IMG/VR virus record: IMGVR_UViG_3300022821_000011
Location: 13,134 to 77,133 of that record
DNA from: a virus
Taxonomy: Duplodnaviria > Heunggongvirae > Uroviricota > Caudoviricetes
Strand: one strand, 5' to 3'
Length of the DNA stretch: 64,000 nt
Part shown: positions 1 to 10,253 of the stretch, in pieces
Numbering within the stretch: the stretch's first letter is position 1
Layout of the letters: each line of letters starts with the position of its first letter
Translations under genes and position numbers: made by a program
The notes under the pieces: model-generated
Databases searched by the model: none
Told to the model about the DNA's origin: nothing
Seen by the model: the letters and a program-made list of their open reading frames with translations, nothing else

Positions 1-5
1 AAAAA

Positions 6-82
6 TGGTGCCCCTGATGAGACTCGAACTCACAATCTTTTGCTTTTGAAACAAACGGGTCTGCCAGTTTCCCTACAAGGGC
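6..82 (-). tRNA. tRNA; anticodon loop TTCAAAA gives apparent anticodon CAA (Leu) but the variable arm is short (type I)
   Basis: Reverse complement folds as a cloverleaf. Acceptor GCCCTTG/CAGGGGC, T-arm GTGAG-TTCGAGT-CTCAT, anticodon stem TTTGT/GCAAA, 3' ACCA encoded. Confidence 0.6.
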
Positions 83-106
83 ATTAATTTAAGACCAAAA
101 CCAAAG

Positions 107-300
107 TTAATTCCAAACTTGATTCTTGACTTGAGTCATGACTTGATTCATGACTTGAATCTCGACTTGATTCAAGACTTGATTCAAGACTTGATTCCTT
201 ATTTGATTCCCGAGTTGACTTAAGACTTGATTCCAGACTTGATCACTGACTTGAGCCCAAACCTGAAACCTGACTTGATTTCTGACTTGATACTTTAAAT
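107..300. repeat. Array of about 16 degenerate 12-bp tandem repeats (GACTTGATTCNN)
   Basis: Direct reading shows a period-12 repeat. The minus strand encodes MKNLK-(xNQV)n, the 66-aa ORF 107..307. Confidence 0.8.
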
Positions 301-327
301 TTTTCATTTTATTTCATTTCTAAAAAA

Positions 328-402
328 TGGAGCGGGTGATGAGAGTCGAACTCACGACCATCTGATTGGCAACCAGAAGCTCTGCCACTGAGCTACACCC
401 GC
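328..402 (-). tRNA. tRNA-Gly (GCC)
   Basis: Acceptor GCGGGTG/CACCCGC plus CCA, D-arm TAGCTCAGTGGCAGAGC, anticodon loop TTGCCAA. Confidence 0.85.
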
Positions 403-785
403 ATTAAGCTATTAAATCTAGAAAAATAATAACCGGCCAAAATATAATAATATCTAAACTTACTACTACAGCTAAAGTCCAATCAAAAAAACTTCCTTTA
501 AAATCAATATATCCAGCTTTAATATCCTTATGTATAAATATAGCATGTTTACACCACACTATACAACCACACACCAAATAAATAATACCAGCTATCACCA
601 TTATTTTAAAACCTTTTTACCCTTAGCACTTAAGAAAAATCTATCACTTCCATCTATTATAAGTCGTTCTTTTTTTAACTTATCAATAAAATCGTTTGAC
701 ACAGTTGTTTCAACCATTCCATTCTGAATACGCTTTAACCAACGAATATGATCATCATTTAACATCGAGGTCCTCCTTTATTGAG

Positions 786-858
786 TGGTGGAGCTTGTCG
801 GAATCGAACCGACCACGCCAATCTTGCAAGGATCAACTGCTACCCATAGACAAGCCCC
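786..858 (-). tRNA. tRNA-Ala (UGC); G3:U70 pair present
   Basis: Anticodon loop CTTGCAA, T-arm GTCGG-TTCGATT-CCGAC, acceptor has a G3-T70 wobble. The D-arm is short. Confidence 0.7.
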
Positions 859-932
859 ATTAAACTCTCGGGGGAGATGATAGCTCTCCCCCTTCCTCAC
901 AAGACAGCTATCACACATCTTATGAGAGCAGA

Positions 933-1007
933 TGGTACTCGGTGAGAATTTTGAAATCCCGACCCTCTCGATGTAAGCGAGATGCTCTACCTCTGAGCTA
1001 ACCGAGC
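933..1007 (-). tRNA. tRNA-Val (UAC); unusual T-arm with a T53:T61 mismatch
   Basis: D-arm TAGCTCAGAGGTAGAGC, anticodon stem TCTCG/CGAGA, loop CTTACAT, CCA encoded. Confidence 0.75.
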
Positions 1008-1008
1008 G

Positions 1009-1533
1009 TTAATAAGTTGTTGACTTAACTGTTTTAATACAATCTGTCAAATAATATCCTATTTCTTTTGTTCCTTTAAGACCAACTTTAAGTTCTTCTT
1101 TCATTCCTGTAAACAATATCATTAATGAATTATTTTTAAATAGCTTATCAAAAGCTTTTGATAGACCTCTTAAAATTACAGCATTTTTCTTATAAACCTG
1201 AAAATCGGCATCAAGTTCTTCAAATCCATTTCCAAAAAATGATATTTTCAAATTTAATGTTTGACCAATTGCAGTTTTTGGCAAATTCCACCGGGGATTT
1301 AATACAGTAAGAGTCGTATATTGATCACCATTTCTTCGTGGAAAAATATTAAGATTAATACGGCTTCCGTCTTTCCAGGATGTGGAAATAACACATGACA
1401 TATCACTGCCTTTTTGGTGTCCAGTTATTCCCCAATCACCAGACGATGCACTATAAACTTTTTCGGCATTTGCTGCTGAAAAAGCTAACAAACACATAAC
1501 CGATGCTAATGCCAAACTCTTTAATTTATTCAT
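1009..1533 (-). CDS. Secreted hypothetical protein with an N-terminal signal peptide
   Basis: N-terminus MNKLKSLALASVMCLLAFSAANA is a signal peptide with an AxA cleavage site. Confidence 0.5.
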   Translation of the reverse strand: MNKLKSLALASVMCLLAFSAANAEKVYSASSGDWGITGHQKGSDMSCVISTSWKDGSRINLNIFPRRNGDQYTTLTVLNPRWNLPKTAIGQTLNLKISFFGNGFEELDADFQVYKKNAVILRGLSKAFDKLFKNNSLMILFTGMKEELKVGLKGTKEIGYYLTDCIKTVKSTTY

Positions 1534-1789
1534 GATTTAATATCCTTTATGTAATAGTGTACGCTCTATTTTTTCTAGCGCCTTCAATTTGATTAAGAAC
1601 AGATTCATCACACTTGCCATAGGTTTTTTGAACAACATATTTTATTGGGTCAGATTGTCTTGTTTCACCCAACATAACAGTAGCTCCTACAATAGCGCAG
1701 TGTTCTGGAATCCAAGAAATAGTATATTGATCTATTCCTCTAAGAAGACTACATTGAACATATTTATTATTTTCTTTCATAATAATCCT

Positions 1790-1818
1790 ATATTATATTA
1801 TTTCTGTGTTAATGTCAA
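1790..1818 (-). promoter_or_regulatory. Sigma70-like early promoter (TTGACA-17-TAATAT) upstream of ORF 1547..1780
   Basis: Plus-strand tgtcaa at 1813-1818, which is TTGACA on the minus strand. The -10 lies 17 nt downstream. Confidence 0.55.
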
Positions 1819-2516
1819 CTTTTATTTGCTAAAAACTTTTCATATGAAATTATTTCATTGCCCATCAGATTATCCATATCTAATTCAAACGTAGATAATT
1901 CATTTAAACATATAAATCTAGTATCTTCATGAAAATAATCAAAATCTACATGCCAATGACCAAAAATATGAATTTCTGGCTTGTGATGATAAAACATAGA
2001 ATTAAAAGCTTGTTGAGTTCTAGATGGAAAATCTAATTTATATCCACGATTTGCAGCCCATGCTAATTCATCTGATAAAAAATCAGGAGCTGTATGAGTG
2101 ATCATAACTCTTGGTTTTTCGTCAACAATTTTATCAATTAAAAGATCTAATTCTTTAATAGATAATTCTTCGTCTTCCCACCAATCATAACCTTCTGTTC
2201 TAAATGCTCGATCAATTGAAAGAGCGCCACCTATAAACATCATATCGTTTTCAATATGACCATCAGTTATACACTGAGAATGTCTAGAACACACAGATGG
2301 ATTATCATGATTTCCACGTATAAATCTATGATTTCCATTAACCATTATATCATATGGAGGATTAGGATGATAAAGATTTAAATTAAAAGCCTCTGCAATA
2401 TCTTCTCTTCTTTTAAATCCAACACCCATATCTCCCACTTGAATAGTATTAGAATATTGTTTAATTATATTTTTATAAGATCCAAATTTACCGTGAACGT
2501 CTCCAATAAGAATCAT
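1815..2516 (-). CDS. Calcineurin-like metallophosphoesterase
   Basis: Motifs GDVHG, GDMGVGF and GNHD. Confidence 0.7.
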   Translation of the reverse strand: MILIGDVHGKFGSYKNIIKQYSNTIQVGDMGVGFKRREDIAEAFNLNLYHPNPPYDIMVNGNHRFIRGNHDNPSVCSRHSQCITDGHIENDMMFIGGALSIDRAFRTEGYDWWEDEELSIKELDLLIDKIVDEKPRVMITHTAPDFLSDELAWAANRGYKLDFPSRTQQAFNSMFYHHKPEIHIFGHWHVDFDYFHEDTRFICLNELSTFELDMDNLMGNEIISYEKFLANKS

Positions 2517-3944
2517 TTATTTTTAAATCTTTCGTGTATTGCTGTTTGTTGTTCTATTGAAATAGAATTTTCAATATATTCCTGTATGTGATATGTATTT
2601 GTCGGGATTCTATAAATAGATGAAATTGACCTGTATGTTGACATGGAATTCAAATCACTGATTATATCATTTTGATAATTCATTAATCACCATATTCTTC
2701 TTTAATACATCCAATTATTCTATCAAAAGTTTCTTCGATAGCTTCTTCATCTACACCAAAATCATCTTCTAACATGTTCCAAATTTCTAGAAAATCATCT
2801 TCATGATCTTTCCAAAAATCATGTTTCTTATACCAATTTCTAAATGCTTTCATTATTTACTCACTTTAATTTTTTCATATGATATGAATATAAAAATTTT
2901 TGTTCTGCAGCCGATCCATTATCATTATTCCAATAATATAATTTAGTTTCTTTTGGAAGTTCATCAAACCATTTCCAAAAAGCTTTTATAAACTTATCGT
3001 CTTTATTTAGCTTTAAAAGAAAAGTGCTCATAATATCAAACAACCTCTTTGTTTTTATCGTTACACCATTTAATAGCAGATATCTGCTTATCGAAAACTC
3101 TTTTTCTAGTCCATAAGAAACATGAAAAACATGAGAAACTGATCCATAAAAAATTTTGCAAGGGACTCTACTATTAGCATATGAAACCAACTTCATATCA
3201 GCTCCAGACCCAACAGAAGTCCATTTTATTTCTTTATACATATGATTTTAAAATTGCTTCTACTGTTTTGTAATTTACATTTAAAATAGTTGATTGTGAA
3301 TATCTATTTTTAACAAAAGAATACGAATTACGAGAATCAAAAGTAATAACAATGTCCATCAGAATTACAAGAGAGTTTATTTTATTATTTTCTTGATCAA
3401 ATCGATTCTTATCAATTATTAAAACGTTGTCTAACCAGTTTCTCATCTTTCTTCTTCCCACTCACCAGCTGCTAAAAGCGCATTGCCAACTGGCCCCCAT
3501 TTTCTCGTATCACCGTCATATTTAAATAATAATTCATCTGATATTTCTCCTTCAATTAAACTATTATATTTTTTCATAGGCGCCAGACGGTGTGTTAGTC
3601 TCATAATATTTGTACCATCTTTTTTAAATTCAAAAGAATTTATGTAAGTTGATACCCACACATATTCTCTAAATTCATATGTTTCTGTGTTAATTAAACA
3701 CATATTTTTACGATCATATGGTGTTCCAATAACTATATCGTGAACATCTGTTATACTATTAAACACTCCAACAAATGAACGTTTTGGTGTATCTTGATCA
3801 AAGTCTGTGTACGTAAAAGCCATATACATAATAAAATACCTAATTAAAATAAAAAAATTCATTATTAATAAACGGTGTGCCACTCCGCGCGTCCAGAGGC
3901 CACTTTAAAGGAACATTAATTAGCGCGACGTCCTACCGAATTTT

Positions 3945-4020
3945 TGGTGCCCCCGGCTGGAATCGAACCAACGACCAAGCAGTTATGAGCTACCAGCTAC
4001 TACCACTGAGCTACAAGGGC
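3945..4020 (-). tRNA. tRNA-Met (CAU), or possibly Ile2/fMet
   Basis: Canonical numbering fits exactly. Anticodon stem GGTAG/CTGCT, loop CTCATAA, T-arm GTTGG-TTCGATT-CCAGC, CCA encoded. Confidence 0.8.
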
Positions 4021-4325
4021 TTTATTTCGATTTATTCGTTAGTTCCTTCAAGATAAGCCAAAAATTGATCTTTCCAGTCAAAATAATCATCAAATGACAT
4101 TGGAAACGAGGCATCTCCTCGAGATTTATTTTCTTCTATCCACATTTTTTCAAACGCGTCAACATTGTTTTGCAACTTAAGCATAAATTCTTTAAATTCC
4201 ATTATATTAATTCCTTCTCACTTTGATTTATTTGGTGGGCAGGGAAGCCGTGTAGTCACTTCCAGTCGGCAATCATTCCTCTCCGTTATACACTCGGAGC
4301 ATGCCCATAATATTTATCCTAAAAT

Positions 4326-4400
4326 TGGTGATCCGAGAGAATTTTGAAATCTCGTCACGCGGCTTAAAAGGCCGCTGCTCTGCCTCTGAGCTACCGGATC
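4326..4400 (-). tRNA. tRNA-Lys (UUU); T-arm with the same T53:T61 mismatch as tRNA-Val
   Basis: Acceptor GATCCGG/TCGGATC, anticodon stem GCGGC/GCCGC, loop CTTTTAA. Confidence 0.75.
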
Positions 4401-4810
4401 GTTGTTTTTATGTAATCTTTTTAAATTTTTCAAAAACAATAGTAGATGTTGCTTTTTCGCCTTCTCCATTTCGATATCTAGCTTTCCAAACATCTCCAGA
4501 CTCTTCACCCTGCCCATAAACTTCAATAAGAAGATGTGGAAAAGCTAATGATAAATCTAACAAATCTTTATCACAATCATACCATTTTGCTTCAGTAATT
4601 CTAAAATGTCCAGAACCATCAGCTATATTACAATGAAAACCATTTTCAAAAGTATATTGAATAGCCTTTTTTGCTTTAAATTCAAACCATTCGGCTTCAT
4701 CTTTGCCCTTAAGACCTGAAACACTAACTTCAAAATCGCTATAATAACCCACAATCAATTCCTTCCTAATTTAGAATATATAACATATCACATATTTATG
4801 GCAATGTCAA

Positions 4811-5335
4811 CTAATATTTTTTCTTATATTTCATAACATCATCTATATGAACTGGCATGTAATTAGTTTTTTCTACACATAAATTAATATGATTTAAAGA
4901 AAAACTTTCTTTTTCATGAATATGCCCATGCGCATTATATTCTACTTTTCTAAAAGAATCTGGCATGATTGGAACATGAGTAGCAAGAAAATTATGATCC
5001 TTGAACAATCTCCATACCACAATTTTACCAAATATATCATAAAGATTTTTATCTTTGCCATCATCATGGTTACCAAGAATTAATCTCTTTTTAAAAGGCA
5101 TGCTTTTTAACTGTTTAAGAGATGATTCTGATTTTTCTTTCGAAAAATATACATCACCAAGATGGTAAAGAGTATCACCAGCTTTTACATTATCTGTTAT
5201 ATTATCTAATATGCGCTGATTCATATGACTAAGAGAATCAAAACCAGGACGAATCAAATTATCATTTTCATCCACAAATTTCAAAATATTCTCGTGGCCA
5301 AAATGAGTATCTGATATAAACCATATATTTCTCAT
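4811..5335 (-). CDS. Calcineurin-like metallophosphoesterase, second paralogue
   Basis: Motifs ISDTHFGH, GDV and GNHD. Confidence 0.7.
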   Translation of the reverse strand: MRNIWFISDTHFGHENILKFVDENDNLIRPGFDSLSHMNQRILDNITDNVKAGDTLYHLGDVYFSKEKSESSLKQLKSMPFKKRLILGNHDDGKDKNLYDIFGKIVVWRLFKDHNFLATHVPIMPDSFRKVEYNAHGHIHEKESFSLNHINLCVEKTNYMPVHIDDVMKYKKKY

Positions 5336-5529
5336 TTAATCTCTCACATATAAACCATAAATTTCAACATTAAGATGCTCATCACCATCTTCTAAAATCT
5401 TCTGCTTTTCATTACTAGCATTCATATAATTTCTATGAATGCTAAAAATTCTCATGGGATTCAAGCGATAAACGACAAACATCATTTCTTTATCTGTATT
5501 TTCTATTAACATTATTCCTTAAAGCTTTC

Positions 5530-5815
5530 ATTTTAAGTAAATCTGGAATTGATTCTTGACTTGCCAACTGACTTGATCCCAGACTTGATCGCCGACTTGA
5601 TCATTGACTTGATTCCAGACTTGAACTCTTAAACTTTTCATATCAAAGCATTCCTGACTTGATTCCTGGCTTGAGTCCTGACTTGATTCCTGACTTGATT
5701 TTCGACTTGAGTCCAGACTTGAGTCACGACTTGATTCCAAACTTGATTTTCGACTTGATCGCTGACTTGATAATTGACTTGATAATTGGTTTGATCATTG
5801 ATTAGATTCTTTAAA
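5530..5815. repeat. Second array of 12-bp GACTTGATTCNN tandem repeats, paralogous to 107..300
   Basis: Same repeat unit. Minus-strand ORFs 5528..5740 and 5638..5823 encode MKNLKNL-(xxQV)n. Confidence 0.8.
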
Positions 5816-5900
5816 TTTTTCATACTAAATAATTACAAACTTGATTACCGACTTGAGTCCAAACTTGATCTCTAATGTTATTCTTTACACTTTTAATAAA

Positions 5901-5935
5901 TTACTCGATGATATAAAATATATAACATCGAGTAA
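5901..5935. promoter_or_regulatory. Perfect 10-bp inverted repeat (TTACTCGATG...CATCGAGTAA) overlapping the -10 of the promoter at 5917..5945
   Basis: Read directly; the spacer is 15 nt. Confidence 0.6.
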
Positions 5936-5945
5936 CTAATGTCAA
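5917..5945 (-). promoter_or_regulatory. Sigma70-like promoter TTGACA-17-TATATT, with a T4-late-like TATAAATA immediately upstream
   Basis: Plus-strand tgtcaa at 5940-5945 and tatttata at 5946-5953. Confidence 0.5.
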
Positions 5946-5954
5946 TATTTATAT

Positions 5955-6033
5955 TGGAGAGCCAGGTGGGGCTCGAACCCACGTAAGACAGAGATTAAGA
6001 GTCTCTCGCTACAACCGACTCAGCTACTGGCCC
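5955..6033 (-). tRNA. tRNA; probable anticodon CUU (Lys), with a 7-nt variable region
   Basis: Acceptor GGGCCAG/CTGGCTC, anticodon stem AGAGA/TCTCT, loop CTCTTAA, T-arm GTGGG-TTCGAGC-CCCAC, CCA encoded. Confidence 0.55.
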
Positions 6034-6038
6034 ATTTA

Positions 6039-6551
6039 TTATTTTCCGCTATTTCCATTACCGCCACCGCCATTACTAGACCCGCCGCCCTGGCCATTAT
6101 TCCCACCACCATTGCCGGTGCCTGGACCAGATCCGCCATTATTACCGCCGCCGTTGCCAGGATTACCAGCATTTCCATTACCATTACCAGGACCCGAGCC
6201 GCCGTTTCCATTTCCATTTCCGTTATCTGATCCAGATCCGCCGTTTCCATTTCCGTTATCTGATCCAGATCCGCTGTTTCCATTTCCGTTATCTGATCCA
6301 GATCCACCATGATCCGATCCACCGTTTCCGTTACCTGATCCACCGTTTCCGTTACCTGATCCGCCATGACCTGATCCACCATGACCATCACCATGACCTG
6401 ATCCACCATGACCTGATCCGCCATGACCCGATCCGCCATGACCTGATCCGCCATGACCTGATCCACCATGACCATCACCATGACCTGATCCACCATCTGA
6501 TCGAGAAGAAGAACCAAGGCCAATATTTCCGCCAACACCTTCACATCTCAA
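6039..6551 (-). CDS. Gly/His/Asn-rich low-complexity repeat protein (GGSGHGG repeats). It is in-frame with an upstream signal-peptide ORF (6561..6674) across a single TAG codon
   Basis: Translation from ATG 6674 gives MKNIIIMSAIILASSTSLAVASDYCDRLSTETGAFHIQ, then stop, then FELRCEGVGGNIG... in the same frame. Confidence 0.5.
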   Translation of the reverse strand: MRCEGVGGNIGLGSSSRSDGGSGHGDGHGGSGHGGSGHGGSGHGGSGHGGSGHGDGHGGSGHGGSGNGNGGSGNGNGGSDHGGSGSDNGNGNSGSGSDNGNGNGGSGSDNGNGNGNGGSGPGNGNGNAGNPGNGGGNNGGSGPGTGNGGGNNGQGGGSSNGGGGNGNSGK

Positions 6552-7521
6552 TTCAAACTATTGAATATGAAAAGCGCCTGTTTCAGTTGATAGCCTATCG
6601 CAATAATCACTAGCAACTGCTAAAGAAGTAGAAGAAGCCAAAATAATAGCTGACATTATAATAATATTTTTCATTTGTTTCACTTTCATTTGTTTAATTT
6701 TCACTTGTTTAATTTTAATTAATCGACGAAATCGCTAAGATTTGCTTTCCAATTATCAATCTTTCCATATTCATTAATATTCATAATAACATAATCGCCA
6801 TATCCAGGCCCACCTGGTGACATAGAACTAATAACATATGAATCATCCAATCTTTTAACTGGTACATTAATATCATCAAGAAGAGTATATACGCCAGCAT
6901 CACACACTTTATAATGTATCTTAGCTGTTTTTCCAGCTTCCCAATTTGTAATAATACCAGTTTCCAAATCGATGGTAGGTTCCCAGCAATCATTACGCCG
7001 ACATGGAATAAGAGAACCGTCTGTATCTTCTACTCCATTTACTTTACCATCCTCCCAATATCTAACTCCACACGAAGCTTTAAGATATTTCACATCTTTA
7101 ACTACGGTTTCTGTTATTTCAATTTTCATTATCTACAATCCATTCTATAAGTTGTTGTTTAGCTTCTTTGGTCATTGTAAAATTTAAAAATTCAGTTTGA
7201 GAATCTAATCGAATGTATAACTCACCATCATCTTCTTTTTCAATACTAAAGTCTGTAGAACTTCTAGGTCCATATACTATAAATTCTTTTTTACTTTTAA
7301 TAATATCCATATAATCTCATTTCATGTATTTTCGATGATCCACTTTTTAAGTTCTGAAAGTTCTCTTGGAGACAAATCAATAAGTTCTTCAGAACCTCCA
7401 ATATTAATTGTAACAAGTAAATTACCATCGTCACACATAAATAATTCTAAATCATCTCGAATATGCTTTTTAATAATAATTCTTTTGTTATTTTTAATAA
7501 TATCCATTTTATTCTCCAAAT

Positions 7522-7598
7522 TGGCACAGGCACCGGGGATTGAACCCGAAATATCAGCTCCACAAACTGAGGTGTTACCACATTACACTATACCTGCC
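7522..7598 (-). tRNA. tRNA-His (GUG), with an extra 5' G (-1) encoded
   Basis: D-arm GTGT-AATGTGGTA-ACAC, anticodon stem TCAGT/GCTGA, loop TTGTGGA, T-arm TCGGG-TTCAATC-CCCGG, CCA encoded. Confidence 0.7.
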
Positions 7599-7617
7599 TG
7601 ATTGTCAATCATTAATT

Positions 7618-7711
7618 TGGTACTCCCACCAGGATTCGAACCTGGGACGCTCTCTAATCTGGAGACGATGCTGAATATAAGTCAGGTGTTTTACCGCTAA
7701 ACTATGGGAGT
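7618..7711 (-). tRNA. Type II tRNA with a long variable arm; apparent anticodon UAU from loop CTTATAT, so identity is unclear (Leu, Tyr or Ser class)
   Basis: Acceptor ACTCCCA/TGGGAGT plus ACCA, T-arm CCAGG-TTCGAAT-CCTGG, 94 nt. Confidence 0.6.
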
Positions 7712-7716
7712 ATTGT

Positions 7717-7791
7717 TGGTGCCTGTGAGAAGAATCGAACTCCTAATCTACACGTTACAAAGGTGTTGCCTTACCATTCGGCTACACAGGC
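7717..7791 (-). tRNA. tRNA-Thr (UGU)
   Basis: Acceptor GCCTGTG/CACAGGC, D-arm GCCG-AATGGTAA-GGC, loop TTTGTAA, CCA encoded. Confidence 0.75.
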
Positions 7792-7843
7792 GTTATTCTT
7801 TTTTTAACTTTCATCATAATAATTTTCCTTAGTATTAACTATT

Positions 7844-10099
7844 TCAGGATTTCAGGATTTCAGGAACCGATGTTTTATTTGATACAAATTCAAATCCAAG
7901 ATCATCATCTTTTATGACTACCTTAACTTTACCACCATTCATCAACTTGCCAAACAAAACTTCTTCTGCAAGTGGTTGCTTGATGTATTTCTGTATCACT
8001 CGAGCCAATGGACGCGCTCCCATTTGTTCATCATAACCTTTTTCAGCCAACCAATCTCTTGCTTTATCTGAAAGGTCAATAATAATCTCTCTTTCAGAAA
8101 GCTGATTTTCTAATTGATTAACAAATTTATCAACGATGGTACGAACAATTTCTGGCGTTAGATGTGAAAAGCTTACAATTGAATCCAAACGATTTCTAAA
8201 TTCAGGAGCAAAAAGCATATTGATAGCTTCTATATCATCACCTTCTCTTTTGTTTTGAGTAAAACCAAAGGCCGAGGCTGCTAGATTTTGAGCACCAGCA
8301 TTTGTAGTCATAATCAAAATCACATTACGGAAATTTACTGTTTTTCCATTGTTGTCTGTCAACTGACCATTATCCATCACCTGCAATAAAATATTAAAGA
8401 TGGCCGGATGGGCTTTCTCGATTTCGTCGAGAAGGAGAACGCAGTGAGGGTTTTGATCTACACTATCTGTAAGCAATCCACCCTGATCGAACCCAACATA
8501 TCCAGGAGGTGCTCCAATAAGACGGGATACACTATGCGACTCCATATATTCTGACATGTCAAATCTAATAAGATTTACATTAAGAGAATCAGATAGCTGC
8601 TTGGCCACTTCAGTTTTACCGACACCAGTCGGACCCGAGAACAAATAACAGCCAACTGGCTTTTCCATTTCTCTCAATCCAGCTCTAGAAGTCATAATTG
8701 AAGAAACCAAAGCATCAATTGCACTATTTTGACCGAAAACAGATCTTTTCATTTCGCCGGCCAAATCTTTTAGCAAACTACGATCATCTTGAGATATATT
8801 CTTAGAAGGTATTCTTGCAATTTTTGCAATAATATTTTCAATATCAACTACTTCAATTATCTTTTTTCTTTTATCTTCAGTGAACAGCATTTGCGCTGCA
8901 CCAGACTCATCAATCACATCAATTGCTTTATCTGGCAACTTACGATCATGAATATATCTTGAAGATAATTCTACAGCAGATTTTATAGCATCTTCAGTAT
9001 ATTCAACCTTATGAAAATTTTCATATCGAGATTTAAGACCATTCAAAATCTTAATAGCGTCTGCAATAGATGGTTCTTTAACATCTATTTTTTGAAAACG
9101 ACGAACAAGAGCTTTATCCTTCTCAAAATGCTGACGATATTCAGCATATGTGGTTGAACCAATACATCTCAATTCACCAGAAGCCAATGCTGGCTTTAAC
9201 AAATTAGAAGCATCCATTGCTCCGCCGCCAGTTGCGCCGGCTCCAATTAACATATGAATTTCATCAATAAACATAATAGCATTATCATGTTCTTTAATTT
9301 CATTTATAACCGCTTTAATTCTTTCTTCGAAATCTCCACGAAAACGAGCTCCGGCCATCATAGCGCCAAGATCAAGTGAAAAAATCGTACAATCAGAAAT
9401 CACTTCTGGAACTGCTTTGTCAACAATCAATTGGGCTATACCTTCAGCAATTGCTGTTTTACCAACACCAGGATCACCAACAAACAATGGATTGTTTTTC
9501 TTTCGACGGCAAAGAACCTGAATTGTGCGTTCGATTTCTTCTTCTCTACCAATAAGTGGATCAATTTTGCCATCAATAGCTTTTTTATTCAGATCAACAC
9601 AATATTTATCAAGAGCAGATTCGTCGTCGCCTCGCATCATTTCTTCATTACCAACATATTCCATTTCTTTATCTGATTTAGAAATTGCATTCACTATATT
9701 TTCTCGAGATATTCCAAATTCAGTCAAAAGAGTAACAGCATAACTATCTTTTTCTGCAAAGAGAGCAAGAAGAACATCTGAACCATTTACTTGTTCTCTG
9801 CCAGAAGATTGAACCATCACAACTGCTCTTTGAATTACTCGTTGAGCTGAGGCAGTAGGTTCAGGAACTTTTGCTGTATTTGAAGATGAATTATTTGAAG
9901 AGTCTTGAATATACTTATCTAAAGATACGCGTAATTCTCCTATACTTATTCCACATTTTACTATTACAGAAGAAGAACTCTTATTGTCTGTAAGAGCAAA
10001 AAGAAGATGTTCAAGTGTTATATATTCATGAGACATATTAGTTGCTAAAACAACTGCATCATGAAATGTCTTTTCTAAATTTTTAGCAAACGATGGCAT
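7844..10099 (-). CDS. clpA: ClpA-like double-ring AAA+ unfoldase/chaperone (Clp N-domain plus two AAA+ modules)
   Basis: N-domain [10 protein letters not shown]; Walker A GDPGVGKT (D1) and GPTGVGKT (D2); 751 aa with no long ClpB-type middle domain; SD AGGAG. Confidence 0.8.
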   Translation of the reverse strand: MPSFAKNLEKTFHDAVVLATNMSHEYITLEHLLFALTDNKSSSSVIVKCGISIGELRVSLDKYIQDSSNNSSSNTAKVPEPTASAQRVIQRAVVMVQSSGREQVNGSDVLLALFAEKDSYAVTLLTEFGISRENIVNAISKSDKEMEYVGNEEMMRGDDESALDKYCVDLNKKAIDGKIDPLIGREEEIERTIQVLCRRKKNNPLFVGDPGVGKTAIAEGIAQLIVDKAVPEVISDCTIFSLDLGAMMAGARFRGDFEERIKAVINEIKEHDNAIMFIDEIHMLIGAGATGGGAMDASNLLKPALASGELRCIGSTTYAEYRQHFEKDKALVRRFQKIDVKEPSIADAIKILNGLKSRYENFHKVEYTEDAIKSAVELSSRYIHDRKLPDKAIDVIDESGAAQMLFTEDKRKKIIEVVDIENIIAKIARIPSKNISQDDRSLLKDLAGEMKRSVFGQNSAIDALVSSIMTSRAGLREMEKPVGCYLFSGPTGVGKTEVAKQLSDSLNVNLIRFDMSEYMESHSVSRLIGAPPGYVGFDQGGLLTDSVDQNPHCVLLLDEIEKAHPAIFNILLQVMDNGQLTDNNGKTVNFRNVILIMTTNAGAQNLAASAFGFTQNKREGDDIEAINMLFAPEFRNRLDSIVSFSHLTPEIVRTIVDKFVNQLENQLSEREIIIDLSDKARDWLAEKGYDEQMGARPLARVIQKYIKQPLAEEVLFGKLMNGGKVKVVIKDDDLGFEFVSNKTSVPEILKS

Positions 10100-10128
10100 A
10101 TGTATTACTCCTAATGTTGATAAATTAG

Positions 10129-10157
10129 ATACTATTCTATTCTATCAGAAATGTCAA
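10129..10157 (-). promoter_or_regulatory. Sigma70-like promoter (TTGACA, weak -10) between tRNA-Arg and the clpA-like gene
   Basis: Plus-strand tgtcaa at 10152-10157. Confidence 0.4.
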
Positions 10158-10165
10158 CATAAAAA

Positions 10166-10242
10166 TGGAGCTTCTAGCAGGATTCGAACCCGCGACACTT
10201 AGTTTCGAAAACTAATGCTCTGTCCAGCTGAGCTATAGAAGC
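10166..10242 (-). tRNA. tRNA-Arg (UCG)
   Basis: Acceptor GCTTCTA/TAGAAGC, D-arm TAGCTCAGCTGGACAGAGC, anticodon stem TTAGT/ACTAA, loop TTTCGAA. Confidence 0.8.
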
Positions 10243-10253
10243 ATAATTATTTT

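Noticed and set aside
107-300. Possible CRISPR array, because of the short direct repeats
   Set aside because: The 12-bp units are contiguous with no unique spacers, and no cas genes are present. These are simple tandem repeats.
2635-2640. Plus-strand TTGACA at 2635-2640
   Set aside because: There are no plus-strand genes downstream. It lies within an intergenic or small minus-ORF region and is probably coincidental.
4165-4519. Plus-strand ORFs 4165..4347 and 4301..4519
   Set aside because: They overlap tRNA-Lys (4326..4400) and a minus-strand gene, and there are no start signals. They are spurious.
6020-6544. Alternative-frame ORF (174 aa, MVMVMVDQVMAD repeats) overlapping the Gly-rich ORF
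   Set aside because: It is the same repeat DNA read in another frame. The Gly/His-rich frame is in-frame with the upstream signal peptide, so this is treated as a frame artefact of low-complexity DNA.
7604-7609. TTGACA box (plus-strand tgtcaa) just upstream of tRNA-His
   Set aside because: It is only 6 nt from the tRNA 5' end, so the predicted start site would fall inside the tRNA. It is probably a fortuitous match.
9431-9743. Plus-strand ORFs inside the clpA-like gene, and similar antisense ORFs inside gp43, gp44, nadV and others
   Set aside because: They are antisense to well-supported minus-strand genes, AT-rich and low-complexity, with no SD.
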